DNA from: an uncultured beta proteobacterium
GTDB taxonomy: Bacteria; Pseudomonadota; Gammaproteobacteria; Burkholderiales; Burkholderiaceae_F
DNA length: 24,000 nt
Direction: 5' to 3'
NCBI GenBank assembly: GCA_963810985.1
Contig: CAWEPP010000011.1
Coordinates: forward strand, 1-24,000
The translations under genes were made by a program, and so were the position numbers. The notes beneath the pieces were generated by a model that saw nothing but the letters and a program-made list of their open reading frames with translations, did no database searches and was not told the origin of the DNA. The first letter of the stretch is position 1. Every line of letters starts with the position of its first letter. Positions 1-9,962 of the stretch are shown one piece after another.

Positions 1-217
1 ACGGGCCGAAGTGCGAGTAGTGCTTGTTGCCTTTCGCCTCGGCCTCCTTCATGTTGGCGCGCATTTCCATCCGGTTGTAGCGATGGAACGAGTCGCCTTC
101 GACGATCTGCGCCTTGAGGCCGTCACGCCGGAAGATGTGCTGGAAGCTCTGCATCACCGTGGTGGTGCCGGCGCCGGACGAGCCCGTCACGGCAATGATC
201 GGATGCTTCTTGGACAA
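1..217 (-). CDS. cbbP: phosphoribulokinase, N-terminal 72 codons (gene continues past left edge)
   Basis: Not in the ORF track because it is cut by the window edge. My reverse-strand translation from TTG at 217-215 gives (M)SKKHPIIAVTGSSGAGTTTVMQSFQHIFRRDGLKAQIVEGDSFHRYNRMEMRANMKEAEAKGNKHYSHFGP. The P-loop GSSGAGTT and EGDSFHRY are PRK hallmarks. GGGAGA lies ~7 nt upstream. The gene sits directly downstream of cbbF. Confidence 0.85.
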   Translation of the reverse strand, partial: MSKKHPIIAVTGSSGAGTTTVMQSFQHIFRRDGLKAQIVEGDSFHRYNRMEMRANMKEAEAKGNKHYSHFGP

Positions 218-258
218 CGCGAGTTCTCCCTCGATGACTTTGTTGCTGTCGACCCGTC

Positions 259-1383
259 TCAGGTCAGCGCTTCCGGCCGGTACAGCGACCGCTCGTTGAA
301 AAGCGGCGAGCTGTAGGGCTTGTCGGTTCCGGCGTCGTACTCGGCGTGATAGCGCTCGATGCGCTCCACCTCGTTCTTCGAGCCGAACACCAGGCCGATG
401 CGCTGATGCAACGACTCGGGCTGCACGTCGAGCACCGAAGTGCGGCCATTGCTGGCGCGACCGCCGGCCTGTTCCATGACAAAGCCGATCGGGTTCGCCT
501 CGTACAGCAGTCGCAGGCGGCCAGGTTTGCTCAAATCTTTGGAGTCGCGCGGATACATGAACACGCCGCCACGCATCAGGATGCGGTGCGCCTCGGCCAC
601 CATGCTGGCGATCCAGCGCATGTTGAAGTCCTTCGCGCGCGGCCCGGTCTTGCCGGCCAGGCACTCGTCGACGTAGCGCTTGATCGGCGGCTCCCAGAAG
701 CGGCTGTTGCTGGTGTTGATCGCGAACTCCTGCGTGTCCACCGGGACGCGGATGTCCGGATGCGTCAGCTTGAACTCGCCAAGGCTGGGATCGAGCGTGA
801 AGCCCACCACGCCGCTGCCGACTGTCAGCACCAGCATCGTCACCGGGCCGTAGATCGCGTAGCCGGCCGCGACCTGCGCCGTACCCGGCTGCAGGAAGTC
901 CGCTTCGATCGCATCGCGCCCCGAGTCCACTACGCCCTGCGGAGCGCGCAGGATCGAGAAGATGCTGCCAACCGAGACGTTGACATCGATGTTGCTGGAG
1001 CCGTCGAGCGGGTCGAACACCAGCAGGTACTTGCCGCGGGTGTAGGTCGACGGGATCTGGTACGGCCCGTCCATTTCCTCCGAACCCATGCCGGCCAGAT
1101 GACCCGACCATTCGGTCGTGCGGATGAAGATTTCATTGCTGACGATATCGAGCGGCTTCTGTACTTCGCCCTGCACATTGACCTGCGCGTGCGACTGCGC
1201 CGCGGCGACGAGTTGACGGCTCATTGGATCGCCCAGCTCGCCGAAGGCCACGGCGCGCGCGATCGCCTTGGTCGCGAGCGCGACGTCGAGAATCAGCGCG
1301 TTGAGCGCGCCGCTCGCCTGCGGAAAGCGGCGGCGCTGTTCGATCAGGTACTGCGTCAGCGTCCGTCGATTGGAAAGGGGCAT
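259..1383 (-). CDS. cbbF: fructose-1,6-bisphosphatase class 1 (Calvin-cycle FBPase/SBPase)
   Basis: 374-aa ORF. It carries [28 protein letters not shown] (metal-binding DPLDGSSN motif) and [15 protein letters not shown]. It lies in the operon between cbbX and prk. Confidence 0.95.
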   Translation of the reverse strand: MPLSNRRTLTQYLIEQRRRFPQASGALNALILDVALATKAIARAVAFGELGDPMSRQLVAAAQSHAQVNVQGEVQKPLDIVSNEIFIRTTEWSGHLAGMGSEEMDGPYQIPSTYTRGKYLLVFDPLDGSSNIDVNVSVGSIFSILRAPQGVVDSGRDAIEADFLQPGTAQVAAGYAIYGPVTMLVLTVGSGVVGFTLDPSLGEFKLTHPDIRVPVDTQEFAINTSNSRFWEPPIKRYVDECLAGKTGPRAKDFNMRWIASMVAEAHRILMRGGVFMYPRDSKDLSKPGRLRLLYEANPIGFVMEQAGGRASNGRTSVLDVQPESLHQRIGLVFGSKNEVERIERYHAEYDAGTDKPYSSPLFNERSLYRPEALT

Positions 1384-1400
1384 GGCGTTCTCACTCGCGT

Positions 1401-2294
1401 TCAGGTGGCAGCCTGGAACACCCGGCTCGCCAGGATGTCTTCCGGCGCGAGGGTGGTCAGGTCGGTTTCGGTGAGGGCGCGGTTGCGCTCGGCGAACAGG
1501 CGCGAGGCGGCACGCAGGCGCGCACGTTCCAGCGCGTTGCGCACGCTGCGCGCGTTGGCGAAGTGCGGCTGCTGCATGCGGCGCGCGAGATACTGCTCGA
1601 AGGCCGCGCGCGCGCCGTCGCCAAAGCGATAGTGCTGCGCCGCCAGCATCTTCTCGGCGATCTGCATCAGTTCGGCCTCGCCATAGTCCGGGAAGTCGAT
1701 GTGGTGCGCGATGCGCGAACTCAGGCCGGGGTTGGACTTGAAGAACGTGTCCATCCGGTCCTTGTAGCCGGCGAGGATCACGACCAGGTCGTCGCGATGG
1801 TTCTCCATCACCTGCAGCAGGATCTCGATCGCCTCCTGTCCGTAGTCGCGCTCGTTCTCCGGGCGATACAGGTAATACGCCTCGTCGATGAAGAGCACTC
1901 CGCCCATCGCACGCTTCAGCACTTCCTTGGTCTTCGGCGCCGTGTGGCCGATGTACTGGCCGACCAGATCATCGCGCGTGACGCTGACGACATGGCCCTT
2001 GCGCACGTAGCCCAGGCGATGAAGGATCTGCGCCATCTTCAGCGCGACGGTCGTCTTGCCGGTGCCCGGATTGCCGGTGAAGCTCATGTGCAGCGAGGGC
2101 GTGGCGGCCTCCAGGCCGAGCTGGGCGCGCGCCTTCGACACGACGAGGAACGCAGCGATGTCCTCGATGCGCTTCTTCACCGGCGCAAGCCCGACCAGCT
2201 CGCGGTCGAGTTCCTGCAGCACCTCCTGCACGTTGGTGTCGCGCAGGATGGCCTGCAGGTCGACGGTCGGCGTCACGGCAGCGTTCACGTTCAA
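1401..2294 (-). CDS. cbbX: CbbX, red-type RuBisCO activase (AAA+)
   Basis: 297-aa ORF with Walker A GNPGTGKT, Walker [33 protein letters not shown] and DLVVILAGY. The first in-frame start is TTG 2294-2292, 1 nt after the cbbS stop. GTG 2288-2286 is an alternative start. Confidence 0.95.
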   Translation of the reverse strand: MNVNAAVTPTVDLQAILRDTNVQEVLQELDRELVGLAPVKKRIEDIAAFLVVSKARAQLGLEAATPSLHMSFTGNPGTGKTTVALKMAQILHRLGYVRKGHVVSVTRDDLVGQYIGHTAPKTKEVLKRAMGGVLFIDEAYYLYRPENERDYGQEAIEILLQVMENHRDDLVVILAGYKDRMDTFFKSNPGLSSRIAHHIDFPDYGEAELMQIAEKMLAAQHYRFGDGARAAFEQYLARRMQQPHFANARSVRNALERARLRAASRLFAERNRALTETDLTTLAPEDILASRVFQAAT

Positions 2295-2295
2295 T

Positions 2296-2715
2296 TCACT
2301 CGTAGCGTGAACCGGCCGGCCTGGCGGTCGAATACGCTCGCGTCGTGTAGCGCACCATGCGGCCGGCCGCTTCCTGACGTTCGAGCCCGAAGCCCGGTTC
2401 GTCCTTTGGCCGATTCACGATGAACGACAGGCACATCGACTCCACGCCACGCGTGTTGTCAAACGCGTTGACCTTGATGTAGTGGCTCGGGTGCGCCTTG
2501 CGGCAAGCCTTGACTTCGAAGAGCACCGCTGCGCCATCCTTGACCGTGAACATCGGCATGCCCCACATGTCCCAGTAGACGTTACGGGGGTGCGGATCGT
2601 CGGTGTACTCGACCGACAGCGCCCAGCCCCTGGACAGGGCATAGTCGACTTGCGCGCGGATCTCGTCGTCGGTGAGGTCGGGCAGGAACGAAAAAGTGCC
2701 TTGCGTGATGCGCAT
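2296..2715 (-). CDS. cbbS: RuBisCO small subunit (red-type, form IC)
   Basis: The track ORF 2296..2832 is over-extended. I place the start at ATG 2715-2713 ([56 protein letters not shown]). AAGGA lies 8 nt upstream, and the start is 11 nt after the cbbL stop. The 139-aa length includes the C-terminal extension typical of red-type small subunits. Confidence 0.95.
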   Translation of the reverse strand: MRITQGTFSFLPDLTDDEIRAQVDYALSRGWALSVEYTDDPHPRNVYWDMWGMPMFTVKDGAAVLFEVKACRKAHPSHYIKVNAFDNTRGVESMCLSFIVNRPKDEPGFGLERQEAAGRMVRYTTRAYSTARPAGSRYE

Positions 2716-2726
2716 GATCGTTGTCC

Positions 2727-4309
<1,583 letters not shown>

Positions 4310-5260
4310 ATGAAGAGCGTCACACTGCGCCAACTGAGGGTGTTTTCCGCGGTCGCGCGTCACCTGAGCTTTGGCAAGGCCGCCGAGGAACTGCACCTGA
4401 CGCCTCCGGCAATCTCCATGCAGATCAAAGAGTTGGAGGAACAGGTCGGACTCCCATTGTTCGACCGTGGCGGCCGCAGCGTCGCGCTGACCGTCACCGG
4501 CGAGTACCTGCTGGTCTACGTCCGCAAGATCCTGGCGACGCTGAAGGACGCCGAGGACGCTGTTGCACGCCTGAGCGGGTTGAAGACGGGCCGCCTGACC
4601 ATCGGCATGGTAAGTACAGCCAAATACTTCGTACCGCGGCTAATGGCTCGCTTTCGCGCTGAACATCCAGGAATCGAGGTTCGCCTGGCGATTGGCGGCA
4701 ACCGCGAGCAGCTGGTCGCACTGCTGCAGGCCAACGAAGTTGACCTCGCCATCATGGGTCGGCCACCGCGCGAACTGGCCACGCGGGCCGAGCCGTTTGC
4801 GGTCCATCCCCATGTGATCGTGACGCCCCCGGACCATCCGCTGGTGAAAGCCGGCCATGCGCCCGCGGCCGCGCTCGCCGACTATGAGTTCCTGATCCGC
4901 GAAGAGGGATCGGGCACACGGGCAGCCATGGAGAAATTCTTCGCCGACCACCGGCTGGCGCCTCGTGTGGCGATGGAGATGACGAGCAACGAGACGATCA
5001 AGCAGGCGGTCATGGCTGGCATGGGCATCTCGTTCCTGTCGCTGCACACGATCGGACTCGAGCTGAAGGCCGGCCTGATCGCGGTCCCCGACATCGAGGA
5101 CCTGCCCCTCGCCAAGCGCTGGTACATCGTCAACACGCTCGCGAAAACGCTGTCCCCAGCGGCCGAGGCGTTTCGCTACTTCATGCTGGAGGAGGCCGAA
5201 CGCTATCTGGCGCAGGAATACGGGGCACCAATGGCCGTCGATGCGCGCGAACCGGCGTGA
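4310..5260 (+). CDS. cbbR: LysR-family transcriptional activator of the cbb operon
   Basis: 316-aa ORF. The N-terminal wHTH reads LRQLRVFSAVARHLSFGKAAEELHLTPPAISMQIKELEEQVGLPLFDR, followed by a LysR substrate-binding fold. AAGGA lies 7 nt before the ATG. It is divergent from cbbL. Confidence 0.9.
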   Translation: MKSVTLRQLRVFSAVARHLSFGKAAEELHLTPPAISMQIKELEEQVGLPLFDRGGRSVALTVTGEYLLVYVRKILATLKDAEDAVARLSGLKTGRLTIGMVSTAKYFVPRLMARFRAEHPGIEVRLAIGGNREQLVALLQANEVDLAIMGRPPRELATRAEPFAVHPHVIVTPPDHPLVKAGHAPAAALADYEFLIREEGSGTRAAMEKFFADHRLAPRVAMEMTSNETIKQAVMAGMGISFLSLHTIGLELKAGLIAVPDIEDLPLAKRWYIVNTLAKTLSPAAEAFRYFMLEEAERYLAQEYGAPMAVDAREPA

Positions 5261-5300
5261 CTTTCGTGAAATCAGCGGACCGGACGGCCCGCGCAGCTGC

Positions 5301-5885
5301 TCAGCGGGGGAAGTACATCTTCTTGCGGTCGAGCTCGTAGCTCCACGGCAGTCCGTCGATCTTCCAGCCGTTGACGTTGCGCCGACCCTTGGCAGACAGT
5401 TCGCCTTCGAACCCATTAAGCACGGTGTAGACCTTGGTGTAACCGAGCGACTCCAGCAGGTCGGCCGCGCGCGACGAACGCTCGCCTGCGCGGCAGATCA
5501 GCAGGATCGTGTCGTCCTTGCCGAGGCCCTTGGCCTTCAGTCGCCGCTCGACTTCCGGCGCGAAGTCGCTGAATGGCTCGAGCTTGTAGAAGGCGCGGTT
5601 TTCGTCCCAGTCGGTCATGAACTCCTGGAACTCGACATACGGCACCAGCGCGTCAACCCCTTCGGCCATGCCCAGGAATTGGGCCTCGGCGCGCGTGCGC
5701 ACGTCTAGGAACAGCACCTTGCCGTTCTGCGACTTGATGAAGGCTGGAGCCTGCTTCGGCAGGACATAGAGTCCCAGCTTCGAGCGCTGCTCCTCCGGCA
5801 CCTTGGTGGGATCCAGCTTCTGCGCCACAGCCAGGCTGGCGACTAATGCAAGTACGCACAACAGTATCGATCGCAACAACCGCAT
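5301..5885 (-). CDS. periplasmic rhodanese-domain sulfurtransferase
   Basis: The track ORF 5301..6119 is trimmed to ATG 5885-5883, with a perfect AGGAG 6 nt upstream. The Sec-type leader is MRLLRSILLCVLALVASLAVAQ. The rhodanese active-site loop is ICRAGERSS. Confidence 0.8.
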   Translation of the reverse strand: MRLLRSILLCVLALVASLAVAQKLDPTKVPEEQRSKLGLYVLPKQAPAFIKSQNGKVLFLDVRTRAEAQFLGMAEGVDALVPYVEFQEFMTDWDENRAFYKLEPFSDFAPEVERRLKAKGLGKDDTILLICRAGERSSRAADLLESLGYTKVYTVLNGFEGELSAKGRRNVNGWKIDGLPWSYELDRKKMYFPR

Positions 5886-6003
5886 CGTGAACTCCTGAAT
5901 TCGCGCCTTCATTGAAAGCGACGCATGATTCAATTGTCGCGCTTTTCGTCCGACAACTGGCCGCCATAGACTCAATTCGCAACACCCCGAACCGAGGAAA
6001 CAT

Positions 6004-6798
6004 ATGACATCACTAGATCGCCGCGGTGCGCTGCAGACCGCGGCTGCCATGACCGTCGGCGCCGTGGCCGGATGCGCCAGTCCAGGCTCCGCCAGCACCA
6101 GTCCCAGGACTCCGTTCACAGTGCCGGATACCTACATTCACGTCGCGGGCTCGGACCAGATGTTTCCCGTGCGCCGCATCTACTGCATCGGCCGGAATTA
6201 CGCGGCCCACGCGCGCGAAATGGGCTCAGACCCGACGCGCGAGCCGCCGTTCTTTTTCCAGAAGCCCACCGACGCCATCCAGAACGTTGCGCCGGGGACC
6301 GTAGCTGACCATCCGTACCCGACCCTGACGAAGAACTACCACTATGAGGTCGAACTCGTCGCTGCCCTCAACCGTGGCGGACGCAACATTCCGGTGGAGC
6401 AGGCGCTGGCCTGCGTGTACGCCTACGCGGTCGGGCTCGACATGACGCGCCGTGACCTCCAGCGTGCGATGGGGGACGAGAAGAAGCCGTGGGAAATCGG
6501 CAAGAGCTTCGACATGTCGGCACCGATCGGACCGCTGCACCTGGCGACCCAGACCGGCCCGCTGGTCAAGGGAGCAATCTGGCTCAAGGTGAACGGCCAG
6601 ATCAAACAGAACGCGAATCTGGATCACATGATCTGGAACGTCGCCGAGCAGGTGAGCCGGCTGTCAGCGGCCTTCGAACTCAGGCCGGGCGACATCATCT
6701 ACTCCGGCACGCCGGAGAACGTCGGACCGGTCGTGCGCGGTGACGTCATCGAGTGTCACATCGACGGACTGCCGAACCTGAGCGTGCGCATCGTGTAG
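6004..6798 (+). CDS. fumarylacetoacetate hydrolase (FAH) family protein with Tat/lipoprotein-like leader
   Basis: 264-aa ORF with GAGGAA 4 nt before the ATG. The FAH core motifs are RRIYCIGRNYAAHAREMG, FFFQKP, YEVELVAAL and IYSGTPENVGPV. The N-terminal 24 aa, MTSLDRRGALQTAAAMTVGAVAGC, look like a twin-arginine signal ending in a lipobox. Confidence 0.85.
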   Translation: MTSLDRRGALQTAAAMTVGAVAGCASPGSASTSPRTPFTVPDTYIHVAGSDQMFPVRRIYCIGRNYAAHAREMGSDPTREPPFFFQKPTDAIQNVAPGTVADHPYPTLTKNYHYEVELVAALNRGGRNIPVEQALACVYAYAVGLDMTRRDLQRAMGDEKKPWEIGKSFDMSAPIGPLHLATQTGPLVKGAIWLKVNGQIKQNANLDHMIWNVAEQVSRLSAAFELRPGDIIYSGTPENVGPVVRGDVIECHIDGLPNLSVRIV

Positions 6799-6875
6799 TT
6801 GACTGCGGCGTCAGTGGAACCTTGAGGACCCTGGCGCCGCACTTCAGCCTTGAGGGTGGCGTATCGTCGCGCGCG

Positions 6876-7778
6876 ATGCAGGCCACGCCTTCACGCCTTT
6901 CTGCCTACGCACTGCTTACCGGCTCGATGGCGCTCGTCGGCACCTACGTCGCGCTGTCGAAGCCGCTGACCGCGGCCATTCCGGTCTTCCTGCTCGCCTT
7001 CCTGCGCTTCGCGATCGCGGCCGTCGCCATGGTGCCGTGGACGCCGCGTGCGCGCGATGAGGCGGCGCTGTCGCGCACTGAGCACGGCCTCTTCTTCGTG
7101 ATGTCGTTCTTCGGAAATTTCCTGTTTTCAATCTGCATGCTGTACGGGGTCTCGCTGACGACCGCGACGGCGGCCGGCGTCATCCTGGCCACGCTGCCGG
7201 CCGTCGTGGCCTTACTGTCGTGGCTTCTGCTGCGCGAGAAGCTGACGGCACGCGTACTCATCGCCGTCTCGCTCGCCGTTGGTGGTATCGGTCTGCTGCA
7301 GTTCGCACGGCCTGACGAAGGTTCGTCACGCGGCGCCGCGTTTCTGGGCAATCTGCTGATGTTCGGCGCCGTTGTCTGCGAGGCAACCTATGTGATCGTC
7401 GCGAAGCGCCTGGCCGCAACCCGCGCGCCGTTGCGTGTCTCGGCACTCATAAATCTGTGGGGCCTTGTGCTGATCACGCCGTTCGGCCTCTGGCAACTTG
7501 CACGCTACGACCTGGGCGCGATTACGACACCGCTGTGGATCCTGCTCGTCTTCTATTCGCTCGCCGCCAGCCTGTTCGCGGTGTGGATGTGGGTTGCGGG
7601 ACTCAAACACGTGCCAGCGAACCAGGCCGGGGTCTTCACTGTCGCGCTCCCCATCGCGGCGACTGCGGTCGGAGTGTTCATCCTCGGCGAACCGTTCACC
7701 GCGATCCATGCAATCGCGCTGGTGATGGCGGCGACCGGAGTCGTGCTGATCACCTCGGCGCCACGCCCCTCGACTTAG
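6876..7778 (+). CDS. EamA/DMT-superfamily permease
   Basis: The track ORF 6753..7778 is trimmed to ATG 6876 (MQATPSRLSAYALLTGSMALVGTYVALSKPL). The protein has ~10 hydrophobic helices in the two-EamA-repeat architecture. No clear SD was found, so the start is uncertain. Confidence 0.75.
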   Translation: MQATPSRLSAYALLTGSMALVGTYVALSKPLTAAIPVFLLAFLRFAIAAVAMVPWTPRARDEAALSRTEHGLFFVMSFFGNFLFSICMLYGVSLTTATAAGVILATLPAVVALLSWLLLREKLTARVLIAVSLAVGGIGLLQFARPDEGSSRGAAFLGNLLMFGAVVCEATYVIVAKRLAATRAPLRVSALINLWGLVLITPFGLWQLARYDLGAITTPLWILLVFYSLAASLFAVWMWVAGLKHVPANQAGVFTVALPIAATAVGVFILGEPFTAIHAIALVMAATGVVLITSAPRPST

Positions 7779-7786
7779 GGCCAAGG

Positions 7787-7880
7787 TCCGACCGGCGGCC
7801 TGGACCGCGGGATGAATGACCGGCCGTTCGGCCTCCCCTGCGCGCGCGATCACGCACGTCCGCGATTCCGACCGGCGGCC
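7787..7880. repeat. perfect 14-bp direct repeat TCCGACCGGCGGCC, two copies 80 bp apart
   Basis: The copies lie at 7787-7800 and 7867-7880, in the spacer between the EamA stop and the AAA-like start. They flank a GGCCG-TT-CGGCC palindrome (~7821-7832). Confidence 0.6.
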
Positions 7881-7916
7881 GCGCATTTCGCGCCTGCCGT
7901 TCCGTATCTTTGGGGC

Positions 7917-8450
7917 ATGACTGCGGATCACCTCAGAATCGCCGAGAGCCTGTCGCCCCATGTGCGGATGGCCGTCACGGTGCTGGCCATCAATGCCAAG
8001 GCGCGGCTGAAAGAGCAACGCAGGCCGCACGCCGAACGCCGCCCTCCGCTGATCGCCGTACTGTTGAGTCCGTATGCCGTGGCGCGCGCGGCCGCCACGG
8101 CCGTGATCATGCGTCACGTGAACGCGCCTGTGCAGCGCGTCGACTGGACGCGGCTGTACTCACCCTATGCGCACGAGACTGAACTGAACGTCGAGCGCCT
8201 GTTCGACGCCGCCGAACACGCCGGTGTATTCCTGCTGTTCGACGAGGCGGACGCGCTGTTCGGCCCGCATGGTCGCCCGATTGATTTGTCTGACAGCGCG
8301 CACGAAGCGAGCACGGCGGCACTGCTCGGGCGCATGGCCCGCTTTGACGGACCGGTGTGCTTTACCGCGAGTCATCGGCGCCACCTGCACCCGCGCGTGC
8401 TGGCTGCCGCCGAGCCGGTCATCGACCTGACGGCAACCGCATTAGCCTGA
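7917..8450 (+). CDS. short AAA+-like protein with degenerate Walker A (possible gene remnant)
   Basis: The track ORF 7812..8450 is read from ATG 7917. VFLLFDEADALFG is a canonical AAA Walker B region, and ERLFDAAE matches the AAA helix before it. Where GPxGTGKT is expected the sequence reads LSPYAVARAAA. At 177 aa it is far shorter than typical relatives. Confidence 0.55.
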   Translation: MTADHLRIAESLSPHVRMAVTVLAINAKARLKEQRRPHAERRPPLIAVLLSPYAVARAAATAVIMRHVNAPVQRVDWTRLYSPYAHETELNVERLFDAAEHAGVFLLFDEADALFGPHGRPIDLSDSAHEASTAALLGRMARFDGPVCFTASHRRHLHPRVLAAAEPVIDLTATALA

Positions 8451-9776
8451 GCCGTCATCTGCGGGCGATGCGAGAAACGGCCGCAGGAGCCGGCCGGTCG
8501 GAACGCGTGCGCCCAGGCGCGCCAGCAGCAGGAAAACACCAACAAGCTTGCGGTGCAGGAACATCGTGTGTGATGGCGGCATACGCAGCAGGCCGCGCTT
8601 GAACGCGAGATCGATGCCCAGCTCGCGCGCGCGGCGCGGAAGGTCTGACGCGCCATAGTCGTATACGTCCTCCGAGCGCAGGGGTTCGCACACGAGTTCA
8701 AGGACATCCAGTGCCGCGTCAACCACGTCCTGCGGGGCGTCAGTTGCGATGTAGCCGATGCGTCGCGCCTCGCGTTCGATGGCGGGTCGGTCGCCGGCGA
8801 CGATCGCGCGCGTGATGCGGCGAAAGCGTTCTGAATAGGCGCGGCTGAACTGCTGGGTCGCGCCGAAGTCGAGCAGTACCAGCCGCGCGGTCGCCGGCTG
8901 GTACAGATAGTTGGCGAAATTCGGGTCGGTCTGCATGACGCGAAATTCGAAGAGCTCGCGGAACAACAGCTTCTGCAGCGTCGTGCCGAGCGCATCCCGC
9001 ACGGTCTGCGGCGTCCCGTCCAGTGTTTCGAGCGGCTCGCCCTCCATGTAATCCATCGCCATGACGCGCGCCGTCGTGAGATCCCAGTGCACCCGAGGCA
9101 GCACGATCTGTGGATCGTCGGCCACCAGCCGACTGTACTGTTCAAGGAAGCTCGCCTCCGCCAGGTAGTCGGCCTCCTGCGCGAGCTGGCGCTTCGCCTC
9201 ACGCGCAATCTCCTCGACATCGACTCCGAGCGGCAACAGCTGCGCCAGGCGCAGCAGCGTCGCGACGTTGTCGACATCGCTGGTTATCGAGCGCGCGACG
9301 CCCGGGTATTGCACCTTCAGCGCGAGCTCGCGGCCATCGACCGTGCGCGCCCGATGCACCTGGCCGATCGAGGCTGACGCAATTGGCGTCTCGTCGAAGC
9401 GCGCGAAGCGCCGCTCCCAGCCGCTGCCGTAGGCGCGTCCCAGCACACGCCTCAATTGTGTGACCGGCATCGGCGCCGCTTGCGATCGCAATGATTCAAG
9501 CGCTTGCGAAAGCTCTGGCGGCAGCAGGCCTTCGCTCTCGAGCGAGATCAACTGGCCGAGCTTCATCGCCGCACCCCGCAGGTTCGCGAGGCGTTCGACC
9601 AGCCGGCGCGCCGTCGCCACGGAAAACATCGGCTCGGTCTCATTTCCCTTGCCCAGGCGCCGCAGTCCCTGCACCGCACCTCCGACCGCCAACTCGCCCG
9701 CCGCCAGGCCGAGGCGTGCGAGCCGGCCGAGCCGGCTCTGTGGCACGCGCGATGCCGGAGGCGCTTTCCTCGTCAT
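8442..9776 (-). CDS. ABC1/UbiB (AarF) family atypical kinase
   Basis: The track ORF 8442..9908 is trimmed to ATG 9776-9774, with GGAGG 6 nt upstream. Motifs present: GAAMKLGQLIS, PIASASIGQVHRA, LALKVQYPGV, QEADYLAEA and MQTDPNFANY. The 3' ends overlap the AAA-like ORF by 9 bp (convergent). Confidence 0.85.
   Translation of the reverse strand: MTRKAPPASRVPQSRLGRLARLGLAAGELAVGGAVQGLRRLGKGNETEPMFSVATARRLVERLANLRGAAMKLGQLISLESEGLLPPELSQALESLRSQAAPMPVTQLRRVLGRAYGSGWERRFARFDETPIASASIGQVHRARTVDGRELALKVQYPGVARSITSDVDNVATLLRLAQLLPLGVDVEEIAREAKRQLAQEADYLAEASFLEQYSRLVADDPQIVLPRVHWDLTTARVMAMDYMEGEPLETLDGTPQTVRDALGTTLQKLLFRELFEFRVMQTDPNFANYLYQPATARLVLLDFGATQQFSRAYSERFRRITRAIVAGDRPAIEREARRIGYIATDAPQDVVDAALDVLELVCEPLRSEDVYDYGASDLPRRARELGIDLAFKRGLLRMPPSHTMFLHRKLVGVFLLLARLGARVPTGRLLRPFLASPADDGSG
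9741..9756 (+). promoter_or_regulatory. candidate sigma-54 (-24/-12) promoter A facing urtA
   Basis: TGGCACG-cgcg-ATGCC has the GG and GC dinucleotides at the correct 10-nt spacing. It lies 207 nt upstream of the urtA ATG, inside the first codons of the divergent kinase gene. Urea uptake operons are typically NtrC/sigma-54 controlled. Confidence 0.3.
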
Positions 9777-9902
9777 CGCGCGCCTCCATGCAGTCCGAGC
9801 CAACGCACCACACGGGGGCGCTTTGCCGGCCGTACGAGTGCATTCCACCCGCACCTGGTGCGGCGAGCCTGCGAAAAGCTCACGTCGCGCACCGAAAGTG
9901 GA

Positions 9903-9918
9903 TGGCACAGAACTTGTA
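9903..9918 (+). promoter_or_regulatory. candidate sigma-54 (-24/-12) promoter B facing urtA
   Basis: TGGCACA-gaac-TTGTA lies 45 nt upstream of the urtA ATG. The -24 element is perfect, but the -12 element reads GT instead of the conserved GC. Confidence 0.3.
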
Positions 9919-9962
9919 TTGCATTGCGGTGCGGCGAATGTGCGCTGCTACAGGAGAGAGGA

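Noticed and set aside
11-316. 101-aa plus-strand ORF at the left edge
   Set aside because: It is antisense to the clearly recognisable prk N-terminus and the fbp 3' end. Its composition is Arg/Gly/Ala-rich with no motif, making it a high-GC shadow ORF.
346-1632. 428-aa plus-strand ORF
   Set aside because: It is fully antisense to cbbF/cbbX, whose products are unmistakable. The sequence is Arg/Ala/His-rich and low-complexity, typical of the open complementary frame in high-GC genes.
5934-5956. Inverted repeat TTGTCG-N11-CGACAA and GA(T/C)TCAATT direct repeats in the rhodanese/FAH divergent spacer
   Set aside because: The arms are short (6 bp) and easily arise by chance in a 118-bp AT-richer promoter region. 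There is no identifiable regulator nearby, so it is not reported as a feature.
7812-7916. 35-codon N-terminal extension of the AAA-like ORF (MNDRPFGLPCARDHARPRF...)
   Set aside because: It is Pro/Arg-rich and runs through the direct-repeat spacer. ATG 7917 is the more conservative start, but neither start has a good SD, so this remains uncertain.
9849-9863. Palindrome CCGCACC-T-GGTGCGG as an NtrC binding site
   Set aside because: The half-sites resemble TGCACC/GGTGCA, but the spacer is 1 nt instead of the canonical ~5. It is kept only as an unexplained palindrome within the urtA upstream finding.
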